Source: Phoronis australis (taxonomy: Eukaryota; Animalia; Phoronida). From it: a stretch of DNA of 64,000 nt. This document shows, one piece after another, positions 12,700 through 24,355 of this stretch. The position numbers were made by a program, and so were the translations under genes. Within the stretch, counting starts at the first letter, position 1; every line of letters starts with the position of its first letter. A model generated the notes under the pieces. It did no database searches, was not told the origin of the DNA, and saw nothing but the letters and a program-made list of their open reading frames with translations. The stretch covers positions 62,001-126,000 of the forward strand of contig NMRA01000573.1 of assembly GCA_002633005.1 (NCBI GenBank), written 5' to 3'.

Positions 12700-13975
12700 G
12701 GGTGAACATTCTCTAACTGGCTGTAATACATTTTAAATGTTTTTTTCTATTACCTTTAGAGCACTTCTGAGCGCATTCGCAGTTCTTTCTACCTAATTCC
12801 GAGTTTAAGCAAGCCACACTGGTTGCTTAAACTTGGAATAATCAATTTCTTCTCTAAAAAAATTCGCGATGTGAACCGAACCTTCTCTTAATGATTGCAA
12901 TACAATGTAAATACATTTTCTATTACTTTCGAAACACCTATGAATGCATTCGCAGTTGTTTTCTACCCCTATTCCAAGTTTAAGCAAGGGCGTGGCTCGC
13001 TTCAACTTGGAATAAATCAATTTCTGCTTCACAGCACGTGTGAACCAAACATTCTCTGACTGGTTGCAATACATTTTAAATGCTTTTTTCTATTACCTTT
13101 AGAATACTTCTGAGCGCATTCGCAGTTTTTTAACCCCGTAAATTCAACGTTTAAGCGAGATACGCCCTTGCTTTAACTTGGAATAATTCAAATTCTGCTT
13201 TAGTGAACCACACACACGGTAACTGGTTGCAAGACATTTTAAATGCATTTTCTAATAATTTTGGAACACTTCTGAGCGCATTCGCAGTTTTTTTTTCTAC
13301 CCAATTCCAAGTTTAAGCAAGGGCGTGGCTCGCTTAAACTGGGAATAATTCAGTTTCCGCCTTACAAAAATCACGTGGTTAACCAAACATTCTTTCACTG
13401 GTTCCAATACATTGTAAATGTATGTTCTATTACTTTTGAAACACCCCTGAATACATTTCGTAGTTTTTTGTACCCAATTCCAAGTTTAAGCAAGCCACGC
13501 CCTGGCTTAAACTTGGAATAATTCAATTTTTTCTTTACAAAAAATCGTGTGGTGTAGCAAATATTCTCTGACCGGTTACAGTATGTCAGAAATGCATTTT
13601 CTATTATGTTTGGAACACCTCTGAATGCATTCTCAATTGTTTTTTACCCAATTCCAAGTTTAAGGAAGCCACACCCTTGCTTAACTTGGAATGATTGTTT
13701 ATTAGCTTTACAAAGTCACTTGGTGAACCAAACATTTTCTGGCTGGTTAAAATATGATGGAAGCACAACTTTTTTCATATCTTGAGACTTTATTGAACAC
13801 CGTTAACAATTATTTTCTTCCGAATTCCACGTTTAAGCATTCCATTCTATTTTCGCTTTACAAACCCTATGTTGTGAAGTAAGCATTCCCTGAAAGTTTA
13901 CAAGGCATTACGAACAATTTTTTCTATCCCTGTAAATTATCGGCGATTAACTTTTACCCAATGCCAAGTTCAAAA
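12700..13975. repeat. Tandem array of ~173-bp units, each with a ~43-bp palindromic cassette
   Basis: Cassettes ATTCCAAGTTTAAGC-N13/14-GCTTAAACTTGGAAT start at 12796, 12971, 13142, 13304, 13477 and 13651; degenerate half-cassettes at 13824 and ~13961. The inter-cassette sequence is conserved (..TTTTCTATTAC..GCATTCGCAGTT..). Confidence 0.95.
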
Positions 13976-16776
13976 GATGACTGTAGTAAAATAATGCAGC
14001 AGTAAACCAATTCTAACATACACATAAAACTTACATTTGCCCGAGTTGCACTCCAAACAAAACTGATTCATATTTTATTGTAAAAACACTAATGCTGACA
14101 GCAGTCTCTGATTGGCTGATATGTCAGTGGTTGACAGGGTATCGACTGCTTATCACATATTTCTGCTCCATATTGGAGCATTGAGTGGATAGAGTTTACA
14201 TTGCGTTTTATAATTGTATCACCGATTCTTATTATTTACTTTTTGCCAGTGTAGTAAAAATTCCCCATGCCTTTTTGTACATGGCACCTAGTTGTTCAAA
14301 CTCTGCGAAAAAGGTGTCGTCTAAGAGGGCGGACATAGGACACCATCCGTTCCCCTTGCCTTGGTATACTGTTCCCTTTAATAAGCAAACTTGGAATCAA
14401 TGTCTTTTCATTTCACAAAAAAACTATGTGGCGAAGCAAGCTTTCTCTCGCAGATTGCGATAAACTGTAAACGCAATTCCTGTTCTTGATACTACTCTTA
14501 ACACATTAGCATTCGTCTTCTACATAATTTCAAATTTAACCAGTACTTAAAACAGTATGGGGTTTTACATTTTCAATTGTATAAAAAAATTTAATACTTT
14601 TAATTAGACACTTTCATAGACAAAAAATGAAATCCTAGAGTTGGGCCCATTCTTTTTGGAAACCCCAGGTGATCACGGAAAACATGTTCTCCATCTTAGT
14701 GCAGGTGGACCGTAGTCTCTCACTGGAGATGATGTATGTTACAACAAAAATGGTGGATAGTTTTTAAAGACATTTGAAAAGAAGAATGTGACTTTGCTTT
14801 AACAATGTCTGCATAGACAGGTCTAAGTTTTTATTTTTTCTAACATACCACCAAATTATAATACAACATAAAACATACTCTGTAAAGGCACAAAGGCTGG
14901 CATACAGTATTTTTCAAACTAAACTACACAATGTCGTAATTTGACAAGGCTAATAAAATATTTGTTTCTTTTCCAATAGAATCCAATCCAATTCTAGCTA
15001 AATCTCAACAAAAACAACTTATTGAACAAGACCAGTCACAAACAAAAAATTAAGGACTAGACACAATGTCGGCATTCAACTCTGACAAAAGTTCGACTAC
15101 GTAAACTGAAAAATTATTCTGGTAAGAAGTTTATCCAAATTTGGCAGTCTTGGAGACTTCTGTTGAAGTCCCTCAATTTGTTGGCATCAGGTGATACATA
15201 GTTACATCTAAAATGCTCTCTGTCCCGACCAAGGTTTGAACCCAGGACTTTCTGCTTACCCGTTAGCCAACACCTGATGTGATCAACATACGGCGTATGT
15301 GAAGACCAACAGTTATACGACATCATTCACTGCGCAGTAAAAGAAAAGTGTTCAAGCATCAGGTTAAGGTTATGGGAGATCTTAGACAAATGTCTAAACT
15401 TGGTAAAGCGGAAAACATATCTTGCAAATGGCTGATAGGATTCTAATAAAAACTTTCAGATCTTGTACTTTATGCACTGTTCCCTATCAGACTTTTAGAG
15501 ATTGTCCTTTGACTGATCTACTTTGGCATGGGAGGGCTAGCTAAAACAGGGACTTTCAGTTATTTCATGAAGAACTCAAACATTGATTAAAACGAAAAGG
15601 GTTACTAAAAAACAGAATCAGCATTTTTCAGATTCCATCTTGAACATTTATATAAAAAGAAAATTGGTCATGTTATAGACTCCACTGTTTTGTTATGAAT
15701 GTATTCCTTTTTCCGGAAGCTTATTGAAAATATGGTCAAAGGACCCAATTAATGGCAGATTGATATATAAAGTCATTATATACAGACTCTCTACTTTCAT
15801 GAATTAAAGTAGTGTTTTAGAAAGTTAAATTCCAAAGTTTGTAGATATTTGTCAGTAAGGTGCCACATAACCTTATGGCCTGACATTAAATTTTGGGTTA
15901 CTCATGTTTCATTACATGACAACTGATACTTCTGTGTTCTGATTGTCCGGAACACAGTTTGATAATTTTGACCCACCACCCTGTGGAATAACACTTTTCA
16001 TTTACGCCACCAGGATGTCACGCAACTAGCAATGTGACCAATCAGATATCATAAAAATCATAAACCCTGACAGCAAAGTAAGCAGATAATGTCAGTACAT
16101 CAAAGCATTAAAGAAGCATCAGTAGCCATTAAATAAAAAATATAGACTGGTCTATCAGGCAGATTAGGTTACATAGACCTGAGAGGGACATATGCTGCAT
16201 TTAAGGTGATTCATTGGCAAGCAGCTTCAAATGCTGTAACAGCAATGAAATTGGGTCCTCCAACTTTGGCTAATCTGTTGACCTACAGACAGAGCACAGT
16301 AGCACGAATGGTTATCACCGATTCTGTGTAAGCGATAAAGATGTTCACTAACATGTGCTGTCAATGAGACCAGTTGTGTGTCTCTGATTTAGTAGCTTGA
16401 ACGTGCTGCGTCACTTGAGAGGGACTCTTCCTCTTATCCTTGGAACCTGTTTAAAATAAATAGAATAGTTTAAATTCCTTTTATGCAAACATGATAATAA
16501 TACTACATACAAAACTCTTCAATCAAAAATACGCATTACAGACAAAATTGTTTTCAAGTTGACGTGCATAATACTTGTGACAAATACATATATAACGAGC
16601 TTTGAAAGAGAACAAGGATACAGATGTATTGTCAGTAGTTGAATGTTGGATCTGTAAGAAAATCAAGTAAATGGAAAATCTATTATTCTTTGTTTCCACA
16701 TTTTGACAATGATAATTTATTTGTCAGCAGATTCAAACAATATCACTCATCGCATTCAAGTATTTTATGTACTAGA

Positions 16777-17078
16777 CAGTGGCGGATCTAGGATTCCATA
16801 AGGCCCAACATGTTGCCTCAGGGAATTGGGCAAAGCGCGATTGTATATGCACAGGGCACCCGAAAGTTGTGGGAGCTGAGGATGCAGACCTTCTGTTCAG
16901 AAAATTTATCGGTGGACTAAAAACAACGGTAACACGATTCCACCGCAATCTGGGATCTGAGCCCCCCCATCTCTACCGGTCCTAGTTAGTGAACTCTCTT
17001 TTTCTTCGCGCTTCACGCTGTTTCTGTTTCATTTTGCTGGCGGCAGCCAAGGGGGTAAGGGGCGGGCCCCCGCCTATG
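16777..17078. mobile_element. Small degenerate MITE of the GGCGGATCTAG family nested in the 6.1-kb element
   Basis: Starts CAGTGGCGGATCTAGG, ends CCGCCTATG; flanks CTAGA/CTATA; termini resemble those of 23083-24355. Confidence 0.55.
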
Positions 17079-19709
17079 CTATAGACAACTAAATAAGTAT
17101 AAATGAAAGCGTTGAAGGAACAAACACGTTCCTGATAGAAGACAACCTTCAAGGACAATGACAACTGCATAAAAAACTGAAAATCACCTATCTTGCATAA
17201 CGAATGACCAATATTAACACAACTTAGATATGTCATTATTTCTGTATGTTCCTCACTCACATGGGAACATTTGTATCAAACATTACTGTATGCCACCATG
17301 TTTCAGTCCAGTTGTTAAATGTTATCAACTGTATTTAGAGATGCCGACAACCTGCAAAAGATGCATATGCATATGTTACCTCACTCAGTCTAACATGGTT
17401 GCTTTTCAAACAGCGAATGCTGGGCAGTGGTTTGTAAGCTATTGTGCCAAAGCAAGTGGTATGGACAGTGTTATTTCACTGGGCCACTTTTGTCTGTCTT
17501 TACATACATTGGTGTATTGTTATGTGGGTCTGTACTGAGCAGAGACAGGCAAAAATATCGTACGCCAGAAAAGTCTAATCATCTCTATGAGAACATTCAA
17601 AAACCAGTCAACAGAACTTAGAGAGTTGTGTTCTGTAACTAAATAACTTTTGTCTGATTGTCATCAATATTTAGACCTGATGACATCACGCAGCATACCA
17701 ATGAAAAATTAATATATATTAAATTGCATGTTTACAAATGAAATGAGTATTTCCACTTTATTTGCCAAAAATAACACTTTTACTCAACAAGCTTTATCTG
17801 AACTTCTTCGTAACCAGATAAGAAAGAATTACAGATCCCTGCTTAGGCCATGCTGGCAGCGATTGACGATGTCATAAGTGAGATATAAATGAAAACACTT
17901 CCACCAATTACGAGCAAATTGCGAGCTCCAAGCACTGGCGTATACACGGAGGTGAGGTGGCAGGTACAACGGGGCATGACAAACTGTTCAATGTAAAACC
18001 CCTCTCGGTAAGGTACATTCATTGTATCCTATCCTAGCTCTTAATGATCTTTTAAGTATTAAAATACTTTTCATTGCAAAGGTCCCAGGTTGCCAGTCAT
18101 TTCAGCCCCTCGGTCAGAAACCCAATCATCCCAGTCAAACCACCTTTGGAAACAATTACCAAGACCATAATAACATACAGAATGGGCAATAAAAATAATT
18201 AAAACAGAAACAATAACTCACGACAAACGAATTCATGTCCACCATTCGAAATCTTAGTTAACAGTTGCACACTAGATGTCGCAAGTGCTTGCTTAATCTC
18301 AAGATCACTTGCGTGAACTTGGAATAGAAACTTATTCCAAGTTCACTCATGATTCCAAGTTGAAGTACAACATCTCGTACGCCTGACTCGGGAGAGTGTT
18401 TGGTGTAAGCAATGAAAGTACCTCTGGGACCTGGTTCAGTCTTCTTTGGTCAATCAATTAAGGATGAGGCCAACCAGTGTATTTAAACCAGCTCGTGAAT
18501 ATAAAGTGCATACTTTTGCAAACGTTTAAAACAGGCGTAACTTGTTTCATAGAAGAGATACATGTAGGTCCATTGTGATCACTCCTGGCACTGATGCATG
18601 GGCTCACTCAGTCAGTTGTCGCGCTAGCCCGACATTGTCGGCGGGGTCGGCCGGGCTGTATTCGTTGTGGTTAAAGTTACTTGTACATGTAAATACTGAA
18701 CTTTTGGACGATCATTGGCAAGAGTTTTTGGATTTAAAAATTACCATCCCACACATCGTAAGTCACAGCTCTCGCCACTGAGCTGAGTTGCGGAACCTCG
18801 AGTCGTTTTTCAAAGTAGCGGAATCAGTGTTACGGTAAATAATATTACATTTCATGAGAGTACAAGGACTAATTTGATTTTCTTCAATTTTTAGTTGCCA
18901 ATTAAATAGGGGGGGGGCTTGGCAGACTGGTTTAAGTCGACTAATTCATCCAATTAAAACTTGGGAGTCGCAGAGCGCAATTGAAATCCGTCAGTTCGAG
19001 ATTGTGAAGGAACTGAATAAATAGGGGTCACAATACAAAAAATGAGAGAAATAAGAGACAATGTGAAATGCTGTAAGGCCGAATCAATGCACTGACATGA
19101 CAAGACTGAACGAAAAATCTCTCCTGTGCGCTGCAAAGCCACAGTGGGTTAGTCCCACAGACTGCAAAAAGGGATAGGCATGATGTGAAGAATTGTAAGA
19201 TGGCCGTTCTTAATTGGCTTACCTCAAAATAATTGCTTCTTGGTGGTTAGTGGTAGGCTAATTGGTCCAATTTTGTTGCACACCCAGAAGAATTAATGAG
19301 GGACATGATATTGCAACATCAAACAAACGTTTTAAGTATTAAAACTCATATTTCTTGTCTGACAATTTTCAAAATGCAAAAACCTAATCACGTGTAGTTT
19401 TCACGAACTATTCAAAACTTTCACTAAACGAAAATTTACTTGTCGCCCCCAATGTGTTTATGATGTGCCTCATTGTATCTAGAGAATGATAACATCAGCT
19501 GCCTGGTGCTATTTAATTAACCACAAGCCGGTTTATTTAACTCCAAAAATAAAATATAAAACTACAAACTTACCACATATTCTGTTACCGACGTCATCAA
19601 CCACAACTACTTTAGTTTGGCTCGACCATAAAATCGCCCAAGTCTATACAAAGCCAAAGGTTTAAAAGTAAAAGATAATTTCGAAAATTAAAGTCGAAGT
19701 TGAAGTTAA

Positions 19710-20899
19710 AGGGGAAGGCAACCTTTTTCCATGTCATTTTGAGCTAAAATAAGGTTGGTTGGTTATCCTAGACATATTTTCCACTTAATTACACCTTTTC
19801 GTAATTTTATAGATTACTCATCCGCTACTCCGGAAGTGACGTTTTAGGAGGCAAGCGTTTCCCGCCACTTGGCTTTGCGTTGACTTTACCGTGCGAATCT
19901 GTTCTATTCTANNNNNNNNNNNNNNNNNNNNNNNNNNNNNNNNNNNNNNNNNNNNNNNNNNNNNNNNNNNNNNNNNNNNNNNNNNNNNNNNNNNNNNNNN
20001 NNNNNNNNNNNNNNNNNNNNNNNNNNNNNNNNNNNNNNNNNNNNNNNNNNNNNNNNNNNNNNNNNNNNNNNNNNNNNNNNNNNNNNNNNNNNNNNNNNNN
20101 NNNNNNNNNNNNNNNNNNNNNNNNNNNNNNNNNNNNNNNNNNNNNNNNNNNNNNNNNNNNNNNNNNNNNNNNNNNNNNNNNNNNNNNNNNNNNNNNNNNN
20201 NNNNNNNNNNNNNNNNNNNNNNNNNNNNNNNNNNNNNNNNNNNNNNNNNNNNNNNNNNNNNNNNNNNNNNNNNNNNNNNNNNNNNNNNNNNNNNNNNNNN
20301 NNNNNNNNNNNNNNNNNNNNNNNNNNNNNNNNNNNNNNNNNNNNNNNNNNNNNNNNNNNNNNNNNNNNNNNNNNNNNNNNNNNNNNNNNNNNNNNNNNNN
20401 NNNNNNNNNNNNNNNNNNNNNNNNNNNNNNNNNNNNNNNNNNNNNNNNNNNNNNNNNNNNNNNNNNNNNNNNNNNNNNNNNNNNNNNNNNNNNNNNNNNN
20501 NNNNNNNNNNNNNNNNNNNNNNNNNNNNNNNNNNNNNNNNNNNNNNNNNNNNNNNNNNNNNNNNNNNNNNNNNNNNNNNNNNNNNNNNNNNNNNNNNNNN
20601 NNNNNNNNNNNNNNNNNNNNNNNNNNNNNNNNNNNNNNNNNNNNNNNNNNNNNNNNNNNNNNNNNNNNNNNNNNNNNNNNNNNNNNNNNNNNNNNNNNNC
20701 TGACTCGGCAGCTCTCACAGTCAGACTATATGAAAAGAAATTGGCGCGAAATGCTTGCCTCCTAAAACGTCACTTCCGGAAGAGCGGACGAGTAATTAAT
20801 AAAATTACGAAAAGCTGTAATTAAGTGGAAAATATGTCTAGGATAACCAACCAACCTTATTTTAGCTCAAAATGACATGGAAAAAGGTTGTCTTTGCTT
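19710..20899. mobile_element. TTAA-specific long-TIR non-autonomous element (Kolobok-like) spanning the assembly gap
   Basis: ~160-bp inverted repeats either side of the gap (AGGGGAAGGCAACCTTTTTCCATGTCATTTTGAGC... / ...GCTCAAAATGACATGGAAAAAGGTTG). TTAA at 19706-19709 and 20900-20903. The empty site is visible in the paralogous block near 25755. Confidence 0.85.
19912..20699. other. Assembly gap (788 N)
   Basis: Run of N. Confidence 1.
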
Positions 20900-20903
20900 T
20901 TAA

Positions 20904-21345
20904 AGTCTGGGCCAATGAAGTAGAGACTCTTAACACGCAGAAACTAGACCCGATAGTATCTCACTGATTCGAGACGCCCGTTTTATGGCGCAATGTTGTG
21001 CTGAATGTTCCAAAATACGCTAATCGTTAGGGGTCTAAAGTTTAAGGCGAAAACCAATAAAATCAGGGTAAACTCAAATTTGCGTCATCGGAACTGCCAA
21101 ATTTGGAATTTACGTGAAAGACACACCTTATATACAATGAACTAGGCCAGTTCCTACAAAATTGTGACACTTGTTTATCTCACGACTCATCCAATAGACG
21201 GCGTTCCCGTCACACTTACAAACTAGGCTATGCCTAGGTTCGCACACCTTGTCCCACTTCCTATGAATCTCCAGTCGCAATGGCATATTTTTACGACCTT
21301 CTTACGAAGATCGCATATGAGCAGTCTGTGGCGATTTAATTAACT
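20904..21345. repeat. Local duplication, copy 1 (continues at 19590-19709 left of the TTAA element); promoter-like
   Basis: Collinear with 25676-26153; shared blocks include GCCAATGAAGT.GAGACTCTTA, TGTTCCAAAATACGCTA, TCAAATTTGCGTCATCG, TAGGCCAGTTCCT.CAAAATTGTGACA and ATCCAATAG. Confidence 0.85.
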
Positions 21346-23082
21346 ACAACATGTCGTCCGGCTTTGATCTGAACCGGCAGATTCTGTGGTGCGCAAACCG
21401 ATCGAGTGGTAATCTCGTTAGGGTGTCAACAGTAAAATTCTTTCTCGGGTTGCTGGGTAAAAGAACTCGTTTCGACTCACTGACGCAAAACTAACAGCCA
21501 ACTTCACCACAGTAAACTTCTGAAGTCGCTCTTCTTTTTTATGGAAGCGAGTGTTGATACCTGAATAATTTAAGGGGGGGTTATGCCTGGCGTCGGTTTT
21601 GTGACAGGGAAAAGAGTAACAGTTAATTCCATGAAGACGTGACCTTGCTTAACATAAAAGGTAGTGCGATTTTTCAAAAACAGAATCAGAGAGGTAATTG
21701 GTTCTATCATTATGACCTCGCCATGAGCGGTTCCATTTAAAGAAAGGCGTGGCTACTGATGTCATCAACGTCGGGACCCCTCCAGAGGTTGGTGCCACTA
21801 AATATCATTGAAAGAATTTTGATTTCAAAAGAAGAGATGAGCAGAAAATTGATGCAATCACCGGCCAGGACCCTCTCCGTCGGGTTCCCATTTTAAATCA
21901 AGTGATATACAGGTTCAAGAAATGACGAGAAAAGAGAACGACACCACTGTAATCCTCGGAGTAGGTGTGTATTCTTGAACTTAAAAATCAGAATCAAGTT
22001 GCTCACGACAATCAGTGTATAAGAAGTTAATTCGGACTTTTGTCGAAGTACTTGATTGACAGCACGTTTTCAAGTGCATTTTAGATGGCCTATACTGCAA
22101 AAAGTCTGTTGACCTCACCCCCCCCNAAACGATCTGGCCAGGGACATCAAGGGTAAATACAGCAGTGGTAGTTGATGAAACTTCTCTTAAAGTTTCTCTT
22201 TTTTACATGCTGGACTGAGTTTCTTTTCTCCACTGACCCCAACCCTCCGTCGACTAAGCCCGGTTTCACTCCGACACCCGGCAGAAAATTGTTTTGGGAG
22301 GAATATTTTTGAAGTGAAAGACTTAATTCTGTGTTCGTCTTTTAACGAAAATAAACGAGGTGAAAAAAGCAACCCAAATTTATAATAAAGAAATAGAAAT
22401 GCACCCCTCCAAGTGTGACAGGCCTCACCATCCCCGTGTGAGTGCTAACTCCCAGAAATAGTAAAATACTAAAATATTCTCAAGCGTGTCAGCGTTAGGA
22501 CGAAGGATAAGCCACAACCACAATCGCAGATCTTTTTACAATATTGCGAATAGTAATAACGAGTTTACTGAAGAACATCGCCTACTGAAGAACATCGCCG
22601 GAAACTCAACATACCCGGTATTACACTGTGTGCCAAAGTTCTGTTTTTAAAATTCAAGATCCCTGACGGCCGGGTTGTCAGTAAAGCTTGCGTCGATAAC
22701 ATCTCAAACGTGGGGATCGACTTATCCGGCTTTGATTTTGTTAATTGGCTTAATGACATCTTAGTGCTCACGGTCTGAATAAATTGTCATGTATTCTTTA
22801 AGTTCAGCTCCCAACAATAGCTAGAGCTGGAGGTTGTGCCGGTATATAACCGGCACGAGCCACGTGCTGAGCCAACATCCAGAGGAAGTGGTTTGGACAT
22901 GCCGACAGTTGGCTTAGCGGACAGCTCTACATGTAATTCTTCATGAAGCTTTCGCCCTCCAACTCAAGTCAGCGACGCTGTGGAGGACTATGAACTCAAG
23001 TTAGCGGACTGCTCTATGTGAGGTCTCCTTCGACCGACAATTCGCAGGAGCCGGGCAAACGCGTCCCAGACTCTAATAACTT

Positions 23083-24355
23083 CATAGGCGGATTTAGGGG
23101 GGGGCCAGGGGGCCCAGCCCCCCCATTACCAGCAATATTGAAACCGTGAATTGCGCATGCGCGAAAATCACTCAGTTAGCCCCCTTCAGAATACATGGGA
23201 TGCGCAGAAAACACAGCGTGAGGGTCTTATTCATGAATCAATCACATTTGCCGATAGCACATAACATAGATAAGTATTTTGTTAAAAACGTGGCCAAGTT
23301 TCAGCAAAATTGGAAAAAAATTTATGTTTAACATGGTATGGCCAAAGTTTTGGCTTATTTTGTCGCTTCGATCAGTGGAATTGCCGCTAAAAACCCGAAA
23401 GTGCATGTGAGAAAACGATAATTTTCTACCAAGCCTTTCATGTGCGGTTAGTTGCCGATAGACCCAACAGATGTCATTATAATCAAGATTGAAATGTAGG
23501 ATTTTGAAGAAAATTAGACAAAATTTTGTATTTAACATGGGGTCGCCGAAAATTGCCAATTTTGGCCTTTTGATATCAGTTTATCGTCATAGACTAGCAT
23601 TAGTGGGTCTAGTTAATTCGAAGTTTTTGGTTAAATCACTGATAATATTCACACCAGTATACTAATAAACGTTTTCTCTATATATNGCAATGAAGAAAAT
23701 TTACTTCATTTTTTAAAGAAAATGGAACCTGAGTGGCGATGAAAAAACAGAAGCTGCTGGTAAGATGTGAATTTTAATCGAAGCCTTAGTGAATCACTCA
23801 GAAACTCGCAATACACTCTTTGTCAAACCTTATCTTAGGACGATTTCCAAAGCAATCCCGTCATTATCGCCAACACGAAAAACGGATTTGGTTTTTTGGG
23901 CATTTGAAGACTATTTTAAATACGACAAATTTGTTAAGAATTGATGGCACAAAATATAAAACGTGTAATAAGCATTACAAAAAGAAGTAGGTTTCGCGCG
24001 CAAACGCTGTGGACCATAAACAAGTAGGTTTCTTGGTATACTATAAGTAGTTAATTCGTGGTGGTGTAGTGGTAATGCACGCGCGCTCTAACCGCTAGGT
24101 CGTGAGTTCGAATCTTTGGATTTTGCAATTTTTCCTGTTTGACACTTTCTCCTTTTTTTGTTTTCTTTGCCTCCTTTTCTTGGATAATACTTCAGGAATC
24201 AAGGAAAATGCTTGATTTTTAGAGGTAAAAACAGAAAAATTTCCTCACCCCATTCGGTGCTATGCGCATCTACTATTGTGGTTCACTTTGCGCAAATGCT
24301 TACAGCCGGACAAAATGTTGGGCCCCCCCCTTGTGATATCCTAGATCCGCCATTG
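23083..24355. mobile_element. Non-autonomous hAT-like element (1.27 kb) with 5-bp TSD
   Basis: TIR CATAGGCGGATTTAGG / CCTAGATCCGCCATTG; G/C-run subterminal motif; perfect TSD AACTT (23078-23082, 24356-24360). Confidence 0.85.
24058..24120 (+). mobile_element. tRNA-derived (SINE-head-like) fragment inside the 1.27-kb element
   Basis: A-box GTGGTGTAGTGG and B-box GTTCGAATC at tRNA-like spacing, but no acceptor-stem pairing. Confidence 0.55.

Larger units (their letters stand above)
12250..18372. mobile_element. 6.1-kb TIR element (TGT...ACA termini), superfamily unassigned, non-autonomous or decayed
   Basis: 22-bp TIR TGTTACACTTCAACTTGGAATC (12250-12271) vs 18351-18372 (20/22 match). Collinear inverted subterminal blocks at 12306-12321/18334-18349 and 12339-12356/18289-18306. 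No clean TSD and no intact ORF. Confidence 0.7.

Noticed and set aside
12700-13975. CRISPR array interpretation of the palindromic repeats
   Set aside because: The sequences between palindromes are homologous to each other rather than unique spacers, units are ~173 bp, the context is eukaryotic and there are no cas genes.
19880-20824. Three long ORFs of 269-314 aa
   Set aside because: Artefacts of translating the N gap.
24058-24120. Functional tRNA gene (also 62677-62757 and 15215-15265)
   Set aside because: A/B-box-like motifs are present but the acceptor stems do not pair; better explained as SINE-derived fragments.
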